A stretch of 17,698 nucleotides of DNA from Allobaculum fili (lineage in GTDB: Bacteria; Bacillota_I; Bacilli_A; Erysipelotrichales; Erysipelotrichaceae). The stretch spans positions 1 to 17,698 of the forward strand of contig NZ_JAHDSX010000046.1 of the NCBI RefSeq assembly GCF_020969955.1, given 5' to 3'. Numbering within the stretch: position 1 is the first letter of the stretch; every line of letters starts with the position of its first letter. The notes below the pieces were generated by a model. That model did no database searches, was not told where the DNA came from, and saw only the letters and a program-made list of their open reading frames with translations. Shown in pieces: positions 8,250-15,922 of the stretch. The translations under genes were made by a program, and so were the position numbers.

Positions 8250-8298
8250 CGCTATTTCTTTTCAAACTGGACTCAAATCAGCCGTCGACTCTTGCCGA

Positions 8299-9396
8299 CT
8301 ATCTGGCATCCAGTTCGATCGCCTGTTTCAGAATGGCTTTCTGTTCCTTGTTTTCCGCCAGAGCGAGCAGTTTCTTCCTGTGTACTTTCAGGCCGCTCTC
8401 TTTTAACGTCAGCGGAATTTTGGTCGGCTCCAGGCCGGCTTTCAGAGAAGCGAGTGCGTCTTCAAATGTCGTCACCTGCGTATCACTGCCCGTATGCTGG
8501 GCGAGCGTGTTTGCGATATGAATGACTTCGTTCTTGTCGGCATCCTCAAGCGTATTCAGCCATGCGAAGAAGAGAACGGACTGTCCGGTGCCGTTTGGAA
8601 GAGAGTCATTAAAAGCGATTTTTTCGCCAATCGGCTCCACGGGGTTTTCCGGAAGCTTCAGATCTTTATGGGCATGGCAGCCGATACTGAACAGCTGGGT
8701 TCTTGCCTCAATATCGCCAATATTGCGCGAAAGCGCAGCTGCGGTATCGACCAGTTTTTTCAGCAGTTCCAGAGCCTGCGTTTTCTGTTCATCTTTTAAC
8801 ACCAGACTGGCGAAAAAGAGGCGGGCGTACAGGATAAAAATCTGGTTCATCGTCGGATAAAACGGATACTGCGACTCACAAGGATCCAGAATCGCAAAAG
8901 TACTCTTGAAAAATGGAGAAACCATCGTATGCCGCTTTCCGCCGCGAACGAGCGTGCACTTCTGGCCTAATTCACTGCCGGAAGCTGGATCGGTCAGAAC
9001 CGCACCGATCACCGCTGCTTTCTTCAGTTTCTTTTTTCCATTCCAGAGGTCCTTGAGATCGCCTTTGACGCCCAGCCCGCCGGCGATGCCTTTTGCACAC
9101 TGCAAAGTCGATCCGCCGCCAAGCGAAAGAATAATGTCGCACTTTTCCTTACGGGCAATTTCAACACCGCGTACTACGGAATCGTACTTAGGATTCGGCA
9201 GGATCTGTCCCATATTGGCATGAGGGAATCCCGCTTCATTCAAAAGGAGACGTACGGTCTGCAGCAGGCCGTCTTCCACAGGCCGATGGCCGTGAACCAG
9301 AAGGACTTTCGTTCCGTATTTTCTGAGTATTTCTGGCAGTTCATTTAAAGTCGACGCGCCGCTTCGAACATCGGTAGTAATTGGAGTTTTTGACAT
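8299..9396 (-). CDS. Iron-containing (group III) alcohol dehydrogenase family protein, divergent paralogue lacking the metal-binding residues
   Basis: 365-aa ORF collinear with the BdhA-like protein in this window. It retains PNPK, LSLGGGSTLQCAKG and a TDPASGSE segment. It has QIFIL where the paralogue has DILNH, EPIGE for HPIEH, PNGTG for THGHG, and VHGHRP for YGGGS. The SD is weak (CTGGAATACAGTT ATG). Stop codon is TAG. Confidence 0.8.
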   Translation of the reverse strand: MSKTPITTDVRSGASTLNELPEILRKYGTKVLLVHGHRPVEDGLLQTVRLLLNEAGFPHANMGQILPNPKYDSVVRGVEIARKEKCDIILSLGGGSTLQCAKGIAGGLGVKGDLKDLWNGKKKLKKAAVIGAVLTDPASGSELGQKCTLVRGGKRHTMVSPFFKSTFAILDPCESQYPFYPTMNQIFILYARLFFASLVLKDEQKTQALELLKKLVDTAAALSRNIGDIEARTQLFSIGCHAHKDLKLPENPVEPIGEKIAFNDSLPNGTGQSVLFFAWLNTLEDADKNEVIHIANTLAQHTGSDTQVTTFEDALASLKAGLEPTKIPLTLKESGLKVHRKKLLALAENKEQKAILKQAIELDAR

Positions 9397-9712
9397 AACT
9401 GTATTCCAGCCGGCTGCTGTCCATTGGGATCCAGTTCCCCGTAGAAGAATAATAAAGACCGTTTTTCAAAAGGCAGCGAAAAACGTATACAGACACAAAA
9501 AGATCGGAAAGAACCGATTCATTCGTACAGCCGACTGACCTTTCTTTATATCAATTCTGACAAATGCGTGCAGAAAAGCCCGGTTCATACCCGACTTTTC
9601 CTGACTCCATCTTTGTAAAAAGAACCCGAGGAGGATTCTATTTCTGTCCTTTTCGATAAATCGAACAGGATTTGAAGCGATACAGTTTTCAGATTTTTAT
9701 CGCCAGAATAAA

Positions 9713-9744
9713 AGCCAGAGTGAGAAAAAGCCAGAGTGAGAAAA
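9713..9744. repeat. Perfect tandem duplication, 16 bp x2
   Basis: AGCCAGAGTGAGAAAA occurs at 9713-9728 and again at 9729-9744. A degenerate third copy (AGCCACAGAGTGAC) lies at 9787-9800. Confidence 0.9.
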
Positions 9745-10110
9745 GGAGAAGGACAAAAATTCATTTATAGGCAGGCTATAAAAAAGAGCCACAGAGTGAC
9801 TCCTCCAGTGCAGTCCGGAAACATGCACCTTTCTCGCTCACAATAATCCTTAGTCTCAGCTTCCGATTCCACCTTTTTTGAAGTGTTCTCTCCAAAAAGA
9901 GTAAAAGATCACGAAAAACAGTTTTCTTTTCGCGCGCTTTTACCTGCATGCCATCAATTCAGACAGCCACTAAGCGGCAGAACGTTTAAAGCGGTGTACA
10001 TTCTTCGTTGATCCCTTCATCCAAAAATCCCTGGTTCATGCATGAATAGAAAAATTTTGCTATTCGCTCATCCGATTTCGTTATTTTCATTCGTGAAAAG
10101 CACTCCAAAC

Positions 10111-10151
10111 GTTTTCGCTAATCAAAACCGAGCATTTTGATTAGCGAAAAC
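10111..10151. repeat. Perfect 17-bp inverted repeat (hairpin or palindromic operator candidate)
   Basis: GTTTTCGCTAATCAAAA (10111-10127) and TTTTGATTAGCGAAAAC (10135-10151) are exact reverse complements, separated by a 7-nt spacer (CCGAGCA). Confidence 0.85.
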
Positions 10152-10236
10152 CATTCAGGCAGTCCGCAAAAATGAATTTAGCCAGAGAAGGCTGTGCACG
10201 GCTTTCCAGAACCGCTGTGACTTCCTGTGATTACGC

Positions 10237-10304
10237 AAAAGGGACTGTCGTCCTGCTGATACGAATCATCAGCGGGATCGACAGTCCCTTCGTTTTTTTC
10301 TTTT
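10237..10304. terminator. Very strong hairpin terminator downstream of GH95, with the stronger U-tract on the plus strand
   Basis: 10241-10260 pairs with 10268-10288: 10 bp, a 1-nt bulge, then 10 bp including one G-U pair, with a 7-nt loop. On the plus strand the stem is followed by TTCGTTTTTTTCTTTT. On the minus strand it is followed only by TTTTGCG. Confidence 0.75.
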
Positions 10305-10423
10305 AAAGCCTTATTGAAATCGAGCAGTTTTGGAGAGAGGGGATTGGCATGAGCGAACGAAGCGGAAGGAAGGAACGGAAAAGAGGCGTATTTTAGATAA
10401 CTCTCTTTTCCTCTTCCATTTAT

Positions 10424-10455
10424 CCTTTATTCCTTCGAATACCCTTTATTCCTTC
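10424..10455. repeat. 13-bp direct repeat at 19-bp period in a pyrimidine-rich tract
   Basis: CCTTTATTCCTTC occurs at 10424-10436 and 10443-10455. Confidence 0.8.
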
Positions 10456-10493
10456 AAACGATCCCTACGATCGTTCCCGACTCTCCTTTCCTT

Positions 10494-10527
10494 TTGCTTA
10501 TTCCGGCTGCTTGCTTATTCCGGCTGC
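10494..10527. repeat. Perfect tandem duplication, 17 bp x2, abutting the GH95 stop codon
   Basis: TTGCTTATTCCGGCTGC occurs at 10494-10510 and 10511-10527. The GH95 TAG stop is at 10528-10530, immediately adjacent. Confidence 0.9.
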
Positions 10528-13500
10528 CTATTCACCTTTCAAAGCGCCAAGCGCGGACGCTTTCGGTGTTTTGCGCAGAGCGAGAATCGCATCGTTTACC
10601 GCTTTGGCTTTCGCATTGACTGCTTCCTGCGTGGTCGGCGTCGTGATGAGAGCCTGTGCTTCGCCAAGCAGAGCGTTGAACGCGGTCTTTTCGGCTTCGG
10701 TCATGTGGAAATCAGCCAGATTCAGCTGGGCGCCTTTATCTTTGGCGGTCTTCAGCTGGGTGGTATCCACGGTAGCTGCGGCAGCTGGTACCAGTGCGTC
10801 TTTTGCGGCTTTCAGTTCCGCTTTGGCATCCATCAGGTTTTTCGCTGTCGCATAAATGCTGTTCATGGAAGCGGCTTTTTCTTTGGCATCCGCAAAGGCT
10901 TCCCAGCTTGCCGGGGTGTAATCCGTTTCGACGAGCTTATTGGCTTCGGTCAGATCCGCATTGAGAGCGGTGCGCGCTTCATCGGCTGGTCCTGCAAAGT
11001 CGAGCCAGAGCAGTACGTTTTCTTCTTCAAGCGTACTTGTACCATCGGCAGCAGCCTGGATTTCTGCTGGCGTCAGGGCTTTGTTCACGATCTTGATGTT
11101 GGAGAACTTCAGATCGTTCTTACGATCCGGTTTATCGGACATATGGCCAATTTCAACAGCTTTGTCTGAACTGGACAGAGTGCCGGGTGCGTCAACCTGA
11201 GCGATCTGTCTGCCGTCGATCACGGTCGTGATGGTGTGATCTTCGCTGTTATAGACAGCACTTACTTCATGCCAGGCATTGAAGAAGTCCGTTGGAAGCT
11301 GGTCTTCACTTCCCGCAGTCTTCCAGCCGGAATCCGTTTTCACGTAAGCCTGGAAGAAGGTGGTGTCATTGTTCAGATACGTATAGAAACGCATCGCGAA
11401 CGCGTCATCGCCAATCGATACGATGGAGTTGTATTTTCCATCATCCGATACGCCTGCGGATTTATCGTATACATCATCTGGAACATACAGACGGGCGCTG
11501 ACGGTGTAGCTGCCGCCGCTGGTCAAGGCGTTTGTCACTTTGCGTTCTGGATCGTTCAGGTCCATAGAGCCTGTGAGAACCTGTTCGCCATCCTGTGTTT
11601 CCAGTTCGCCTGTGGACGGGAGTGTTGTGACAAATTTGTGTTTGCCCAGTTCGATGATCGTCTTGGCATCGGCTGCCAGAACGGTAATGGTCTTGCTGGC
11701 AGTAAGGGATGCATTTCCATTTACATTCGCTGCTTTAACGGTGATGACGGTGCCGTTGGCTACCGATGCATCTACGCTTACGGATGCGGATGCGCCGTTG
11801 GCTGCCGGTGTAACGGTTACGCCTGCAACGGCTGCATTCTGTGCATCGACAGCACTCCAGGTCGCACTCTTAATGGCGGCGCCTTCTGGTGTCGCATTCA
11901 GAGTGAACGTAACTGGCGTGCCGGCCGTTATGGTTTCAGCAGTTGCGCTCATCGAAACGCTGGAGGCTTCCACTTCTTTTACGGTCAGGGTGTAGGTTTC
12001 ATTGGCTTCGGTATCGAACTGAATGGCGTGATCTTTGCCTTCAACCGCTGTAACCTCCACATTGTTTCCTTCAGAGTCGACTACGGCTACGGTTTCCGGT
12101 CTGATCGCCGGGTTGTTGAGCTTGCAGACATTTCCGCTCTTGGAAAGAACTTCAACATCGGTAAGTTCACCGTCTTCCCAGTCGAGATCGAGTTCGAAAT
12201 TGCCGCGGGCGACAATTCCGTCTACCGAGCCGTCTGCCCATTCGTCAGGAATGGCAGGGAGCAGTTCGATCGTGCTCGCATTGGACTGCATTAACATTTC
12301 AACGATACCAGAGGTATAGCCGAAGTTTCCGTCAATCTGGAACGGCGCGTGAGCATCCCAGAAGTTCACATACATGCCGTTTTTGAACAGACTCTTGATC
12401 AGAGTCATTGCATGGTTGCCGTCTTTAACACGAGCCCATGCGTTCAGGCGCTGACCCATGCCCCAGCCGGTCGCGTTATCGCCGCGGTCACGCAGAGATA
12501 CTTTTGCGGCCTCGAGATAGGTCGGATTATCGCTGTTGATCAGATCGCCTGGGAACAATCCAAGCAGATGGGACATATGCCGGTGTCCGCGTTCTCCCAG
12601 AGAACCGAGCGTCGTTTCGTTATACCATTCTTTAATCTGTCCGCTGGCTCCGACTTCGATCGGATCCAGTTTTTCCATAATATCCTGCCACTTGGCAATG
12701 CGCTCTGCGCTTACTGTGTTGGGATATTTGGCGTTAATCGCTTCAGCGGCTTCGCAGCAGTCGTTAAACAGCTGCCAGTACAGTGTATTTTCGTAAACGT
12801 TGCCTGCTGTGTACGGTCCGTGTTCAGCAGAATAGGATGGCGCAGTGGCCAGGCGGGTCTTGCCGTTATCATAAGTGATTTCGGTAAGAATCTGTTCGTA
12901 CAGTTTCGCCTGTTCATCCATCATTGGGAAAATCTTTTCCTTCAGATAGTCAACGTCCTGTCCGTATTCATAGTATTCATATACGTTCTGAAGCATCCAG
13001 GGTACAGCTGCCGGCGACCAGCCCCAGCTGAAGGCCCAGCCTGGGCAAGTCCAGCCAAACGGCGTGTTCTGTGTATGGGCGGTGTAGCCGTTCTGCTTGC
13101 CGTCCGAGTTATCGATACCAAAATAAGTCGATGCGGTAACGCGTCCTGGTTCACGCAGACCGTCTTCATAATCGATCATCGGAATCGCGCACTCTGCCAT
13201 GTTTGCAGAATAGGTCGGCCAGTAGTTCATCTGCATGTTAACGTTCATATGGTAGTCAGCGCCCCATGGAACATTGCCCACTGCTCCGTCATAAATGCTC
13301 CATACACCCTGCAGGTTTGCCGGCAGGTCCTGATCGTCTCGTCCTTCGGCGTTTTCACGGGAAGAAGAAATCTGCAAATAGCGGCCGTACTGGAACAGCA
13401 GCTGTTCGCAGTACCGTTTTTCGCTTTCGGTCAGAGTGGAGTTGCTGGCGTTATACGCTGCGAGCAGGTCGTCGTTGGCAAGATCCGGTTTGGTCTGACC

Positions 13501-15546
13501 AAGATTCAGTTTTACGCGATCGTAAATGTTCTTATAGTCGGCTTCGTGATCCGCTTTGACTTTGTCATAGCCTTTGGCCGTTGCTCCATCGACATCGCGC
13601 TGGGCACGGGCCAGAACCTGCTCATCCGTTTCACGGGTTCGATAGGTTGGATAATTATCTTCGTAGTCGGTTGCCGCACTGACATAAATCACTGCTTCCG
13701 TTGCGCCGCGAATTTCCAGCCGCTCATGATCTTCGTTATAGGTTACCGTTCCGGCGTTCACGATCACGCGGGAAGAAGCGGCCAGTTTCATCTGGTTATC
13801 GCACATTTCACCCGTGGTAATCAGGTTGCCTGTCTTGCCGTCTGCCGAGATTGTTCCCGTAACGGTTTCTGTTTTTCCGTAATTGTTATCCTCGGTAGCC
13901 GAGAAAGGCAGAGAATAGTCGAAATCGAGTTTTTTCGCGCCTGAGGCAGTCATCTTGATTGCGATCACGTTGTCCGGATGAGAAGCAAGGTATTCACGCG
14001 TGTAATGTGTTTCGTCACGATCGTATTCCACACCGGCGATCGAATCATCGATATTCAGCCAGCGCCGATAGTTCGTCGCTTCCGTATGGGTTTCCGGTTC
14101 TGTGGAAGGTTTCTGCGGTCCAGTGTCTTCGCCTGTTGCCACACTTGTGACAACCAGACGGTCCAAAGACAGTTTTCCGGACACGCCGGTAATCGTTACG
14201 GTATGCTCGCCATTCGTCAGATTCTGGTCAGAGAAGAGTTCAACAATTTCAATATTTCCAGAGTCTTTTTTCGTGTTCACCGTATTCGCTTCGCCGTCAT
14301 CAATTTTCCACGTAAAAGAACCCATATTGTCTGCACTGTGTTTACCGCCGTACAGGGCAATACCAGTTCCAGTAAAGGTGTATTCAATGGATGCGCCAGA
14401 ACTGTTTTCGATGAACATCTCATCTTTGTTCAGCCAGCCAACACCGTTTCCCGTATCCTTTGTACGATCCCAGGTACCCCAGCCGCCAGTATATTGAATA
14501 CCGGTTTCGGAAGCGTTGCCTGGATTGAGATCGAGTTCCTGTGTCTGTGTTGAAGAGGCGCTCGAAGATTTCACTTCAAAATAGTCGTAGGAAATCTTCT
14601 TTGCGGTGCCGGAAAGAGGTTCTTTATTGACGATCTTAATCGTGTGTTCGCCTTCTTCAAGATCCGCAATCGAGAAGAGAGTCTGCCCGTCTCCGCCGCC
14701 AATGGCTTTCAGGTCGACATTTTCAGCAACTGTTTTACCGTCAATGGAAACATCCATGTAGCCCATGGTGTTGTTAGAGCAGCCGATCATTCGAATGGCA
14801 ACACCGGTAAACTTCATTTCCAGCGTGGCCCCTACCGTTTCCGTATATTTTTCCGTGCCCTCATACCAGGATTCGCCTTTGGCCCAGTCATTCCATCCTG
14901 TATAGGTAATGGATGTGTTGCGGTCGTCAATTTTCTCTGTACCGGTCGCCCAGTACTGTCTCCAGTACTCTTCCCATTCTTCGCTGAGGTAATCGCGGTC
15001 CATATTAATATAAATATCGCCAAGGCGCTGATAGGAACCATATCCATTGGAAGAACCAACCAGCTTGTTAGCCCAGGCGTCGCGATCACTTGCATTGGTT
15101 TTAAACTTTTCTACCGCTTCCTTATAAATCTCTGACATCGAGGTTCCGTCTACGGAAGCGATATTGCCGCCGTTGTAGTCTGGACGTGTGCTGGAAGGTC
15201 CGCCGTTCCATACAGTTTTCTGGTTGAGCACAATGCGCTCGCAATCGTATTCGCCATAGACGCTGCCGCCCATCAGGGAGTTGCCGATTGGCAGAATCCG
15301 CTGCTGCCAGCGGTTCGCACCCTCATAGCTTCCTGCCCATGCACCTGCTCCCCCAGGAAGATTGCCCTGGCTTGCCGGTTCATCAAAAAAGATCTCATTT
15401 TTCGGAAGGCTTGCTGCTTCAGAGTTTCCCTGTGAAGGTTCTTCCGGAGTCTGAGGATCTGCCGCAAGGGCAGGAGTAATCAAGCCCGCAGACATAGCAG
15501 CCGCAAGAAGGGATGCTGAGCAGCGTTTAAAAAACTTTTTACTCAT
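10528..15546 (-). CDS. Secreted GH95 alpha-L-fucosidase (AfcA-like 1,2-alpha-L-fucosidase family) with an inserted tandem CBM-like pair, a Big_2-like Ig module, a LamG-like module and two FIVAR modules
   Basis: 1672-aa ORF with SD GAAAGGAAA 6 nt before ATG 15546. Signal peptide MSKKFFKRCSASLLAAAMSAGLITPALA/AD. GH95 motifs: RILPIGNSLMGGSVYG, NQKTVWNGGP, YRRWLNIDDSIAGVEY, LPANLQGVWS, WGADYHMNVNMQMNYWP, GHRHMSHLLGLFPG, GWGMGQRLNAWARV and PFQIDGNFGYTSGIVEMLMQS. C-terminal modules: an Ig-like module (SVSMSATAETITAGTPVTF...), a concanavalin/LamG-like module, and FIVAR x2. Stop codon is TAG. Confidence 0.95.
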   Translation of the reverse strand: MSKKFFKRCSASLLAAAMSAGLITPALAADPQTPEEPSQGNSEAASLPKNEIFFDEPASQGNLPGGAGAWAGSYEGANRWQQRILPIGNSLMGGSVYGEYDCERIVLNQKTVWNGGPSSTRPDYNGGNIASVDGTSMSEIYKEAVEKFKTNASDRDAWANKLVGSSNGYGSYQRLGDIYINMDRDYLSEEWEEYWRQYWATGTEKIDDRNTSITYTGWNDWAKGESWYEGTEKYTETVGATLEMKFTGVAIRMIGCSNNTMGYMDVSIDGKTVAENVDLKAIGGGDGQTLFSIADLEEGEHTIKIVNKEPLSGTAKKISYDYFEVKSSSASSTQTQELDLNPGNASETGIQYTGGWGTWDRTKDTGNGVGWLNKDEMFIENSSGASIEYTFTGTGIALYGGKHSADNMGSFTWKIDDGEANTVNTKKDSGNIEIVELFSDQNLTNGEHTVTITGVSGKLSLDRLVVTSVATGEDTGPQKPSTEPETHTEATNYRRWLNIDDSIAGVEYDRDETHYTREYLASHPDNVIAIKMTASGAKKLDFDYSLPFSATEDNNYGKTETVTGTISADGKTGNLITTGEMCDNQMKLAASSRVIVNAGTVTYNEDHERLEIRGATEAVIYVSAATDYEDNYPTYRTRETDEQVLARAQRDVDGATAKGYDKVKADHEADYKNIYDRVKLNLGQTKPDLANDDLLAAYNASNSTLTESEKRYCEQLLFQYGRYLQISSSRENAEGRDDQDLPANLQGVWSIYDGAVGNVPWGADYHMNVNMQMNYWPTYSANMAECAIPMIDYEDGLREPGRVTASTYFGIDNSDGKQNGYTAHTQNTPFGWTCPGWAFSWGWSPAAVPWMLQNVYEYYEYGQDVDYLKEKIFPMMDEQAKLYEQILTEITYDNGKTRLATAPSYSAEHGPYTAGNVYENTLYWQLFNDCCEAAEAINAKYPNTVSAERIAKWQDIMEKLDPIEVGASGQIKEWYNETTLGSLGERGHRHMSHLLGLFPGDLINSDNPTYLEAAKVSLRDRGDNATGWGMGQRLNAWARVKDGNHAMTLIKSLFKNGMYVNFWDAHAPFQIDGNFGYTSGIVEMLMQSNASTIELLPAIPDEWADGSVDGIVARGNFELDLDWEDGELTDVEVLSKSGNVCKLNNPAIRPETVAVVDSEGNNVEVTAVEGKDHAIQFDTEANETYTLTVKEVEASSVSMSATAETITAGTPVTFTLNATPEGAAIKSATWSAVDAQNAAVAGVTVTPAANGASASVSVDASVANGTVITVKAANVNGNASLTASKTITVLAADAKTIIELGKHKFVTTLPSTGELETQDGEQVLTGSMDLNDPERKVTNALTSGGSYTVSARLYVPDDVYDKSAGVSDDGKYNSIVSIGDDAFAMRFYTYLNNDTTFFQAYVKTDSGWKTAGSEDQLPTDFFNAWHEVSAVYNSEDHTITTVIDGRQIAQVDAPGTLSSSDKAVEIGHMSDKPDRKNDLKFSNIKIVNKALTPAEIQAAADGTSTLEEENVLLWLDFAGPADEARTALNADLTEANKLVETDYTPASWEAFADAKEKAASMNSIYATAKNLMDAKAELKAAKDALVPAAAATVDTTQLKTAKDKGAQLNLADFHMTEAEKTAFNALLGEAQALITTPTTQEAVNAKAKAVNDAILALRKTPKASALGALKGE

Positions 15547-15658
15547 AGAATTTCCTTTCCGTTTGTCATTTTTCTCATAAAAAACGTATGGCTACCTCCG
15601 TCTTCCGAAATTTCGCCCGAATGAGAAGACAGATTTGCCTTGATAACAGTATAGGGGA

Positions 15659-15672
15659 TGTAAGCGTTTGAA
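15659..15672. promoter_or_regulatory. cre-like (CcpA-type catabolite-responsive) operator candidate upstream of GH95
   Basis: TGTAAGCGTTTGAA matches the consensus TGWAANCGNTNWCA at 9 of its 11 specified positions. It sits between a possible minus-strand -35 element (TTAATT, 15671-15676) and -10 element (TATACT, 15648-15653), about 115 bp upstream of ATG 15546. Confidence 0.3.
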
Positions 15673-15922
15673 TTAAGCCTGTTTTTGAAACTCTCCGCCT
15701 TCCAAATCAGTTTTTTCTGAGCTATGGTTTGTTTTCTTTACCTTCCGTCTGCTCTCCGTCAGAAAAAGAAACAGTGTCAATGAAATTTTGCCCGCACAAT
15801 AAAAGCTCCCCATCGCCAATTCTTACAGAACTGATGGATAGTTTTAACACGTCTTATACAGTGATTTTTATTTACGGGATAGCGTTAATCCCGGTTTGAA
15901 TGATCCGATGGTTTACGCAGCT

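Noticed and set aside
9776-10090. A minus-strand frame reading MKITKSDERIAKFFYSCMNQGFLDEGINEECTPL*..*..MQVKAREKKTVFRDLLLFLERTLQKRW..., taken as a decayed gene.
   Set aside because: It is about 105 codons with two stops, has no SD at a sensible distance, and has no motif I recognise. An open stretch of about 60 codons somewhere in 1.1 kb across six frames is expected by chance. It needs blastx before it means anything.
10042-10143. A 33-aa plus-strand ORF (MNRKILLFAHPISLFSFVKS...) as a type I toxin, with the flanking hairpins as its antitoxin or terminator.
   Set aside because: There is no SD or promoter. Hydrophobicity is moderate only, and the stop codon lies inside the inverted repeat. I could define no antisense RNA partner.
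9713-10527. Tandem repeats as a CRISPR array or other spacer-repeat array.
   Set aside because: Each repeat has only two directly abutting copies (16 bp, 17 bp) or two copies 6 bp apart (13 bp). There are no spacers of 25-40 bp and no cas genes. They look like slippage duplications.
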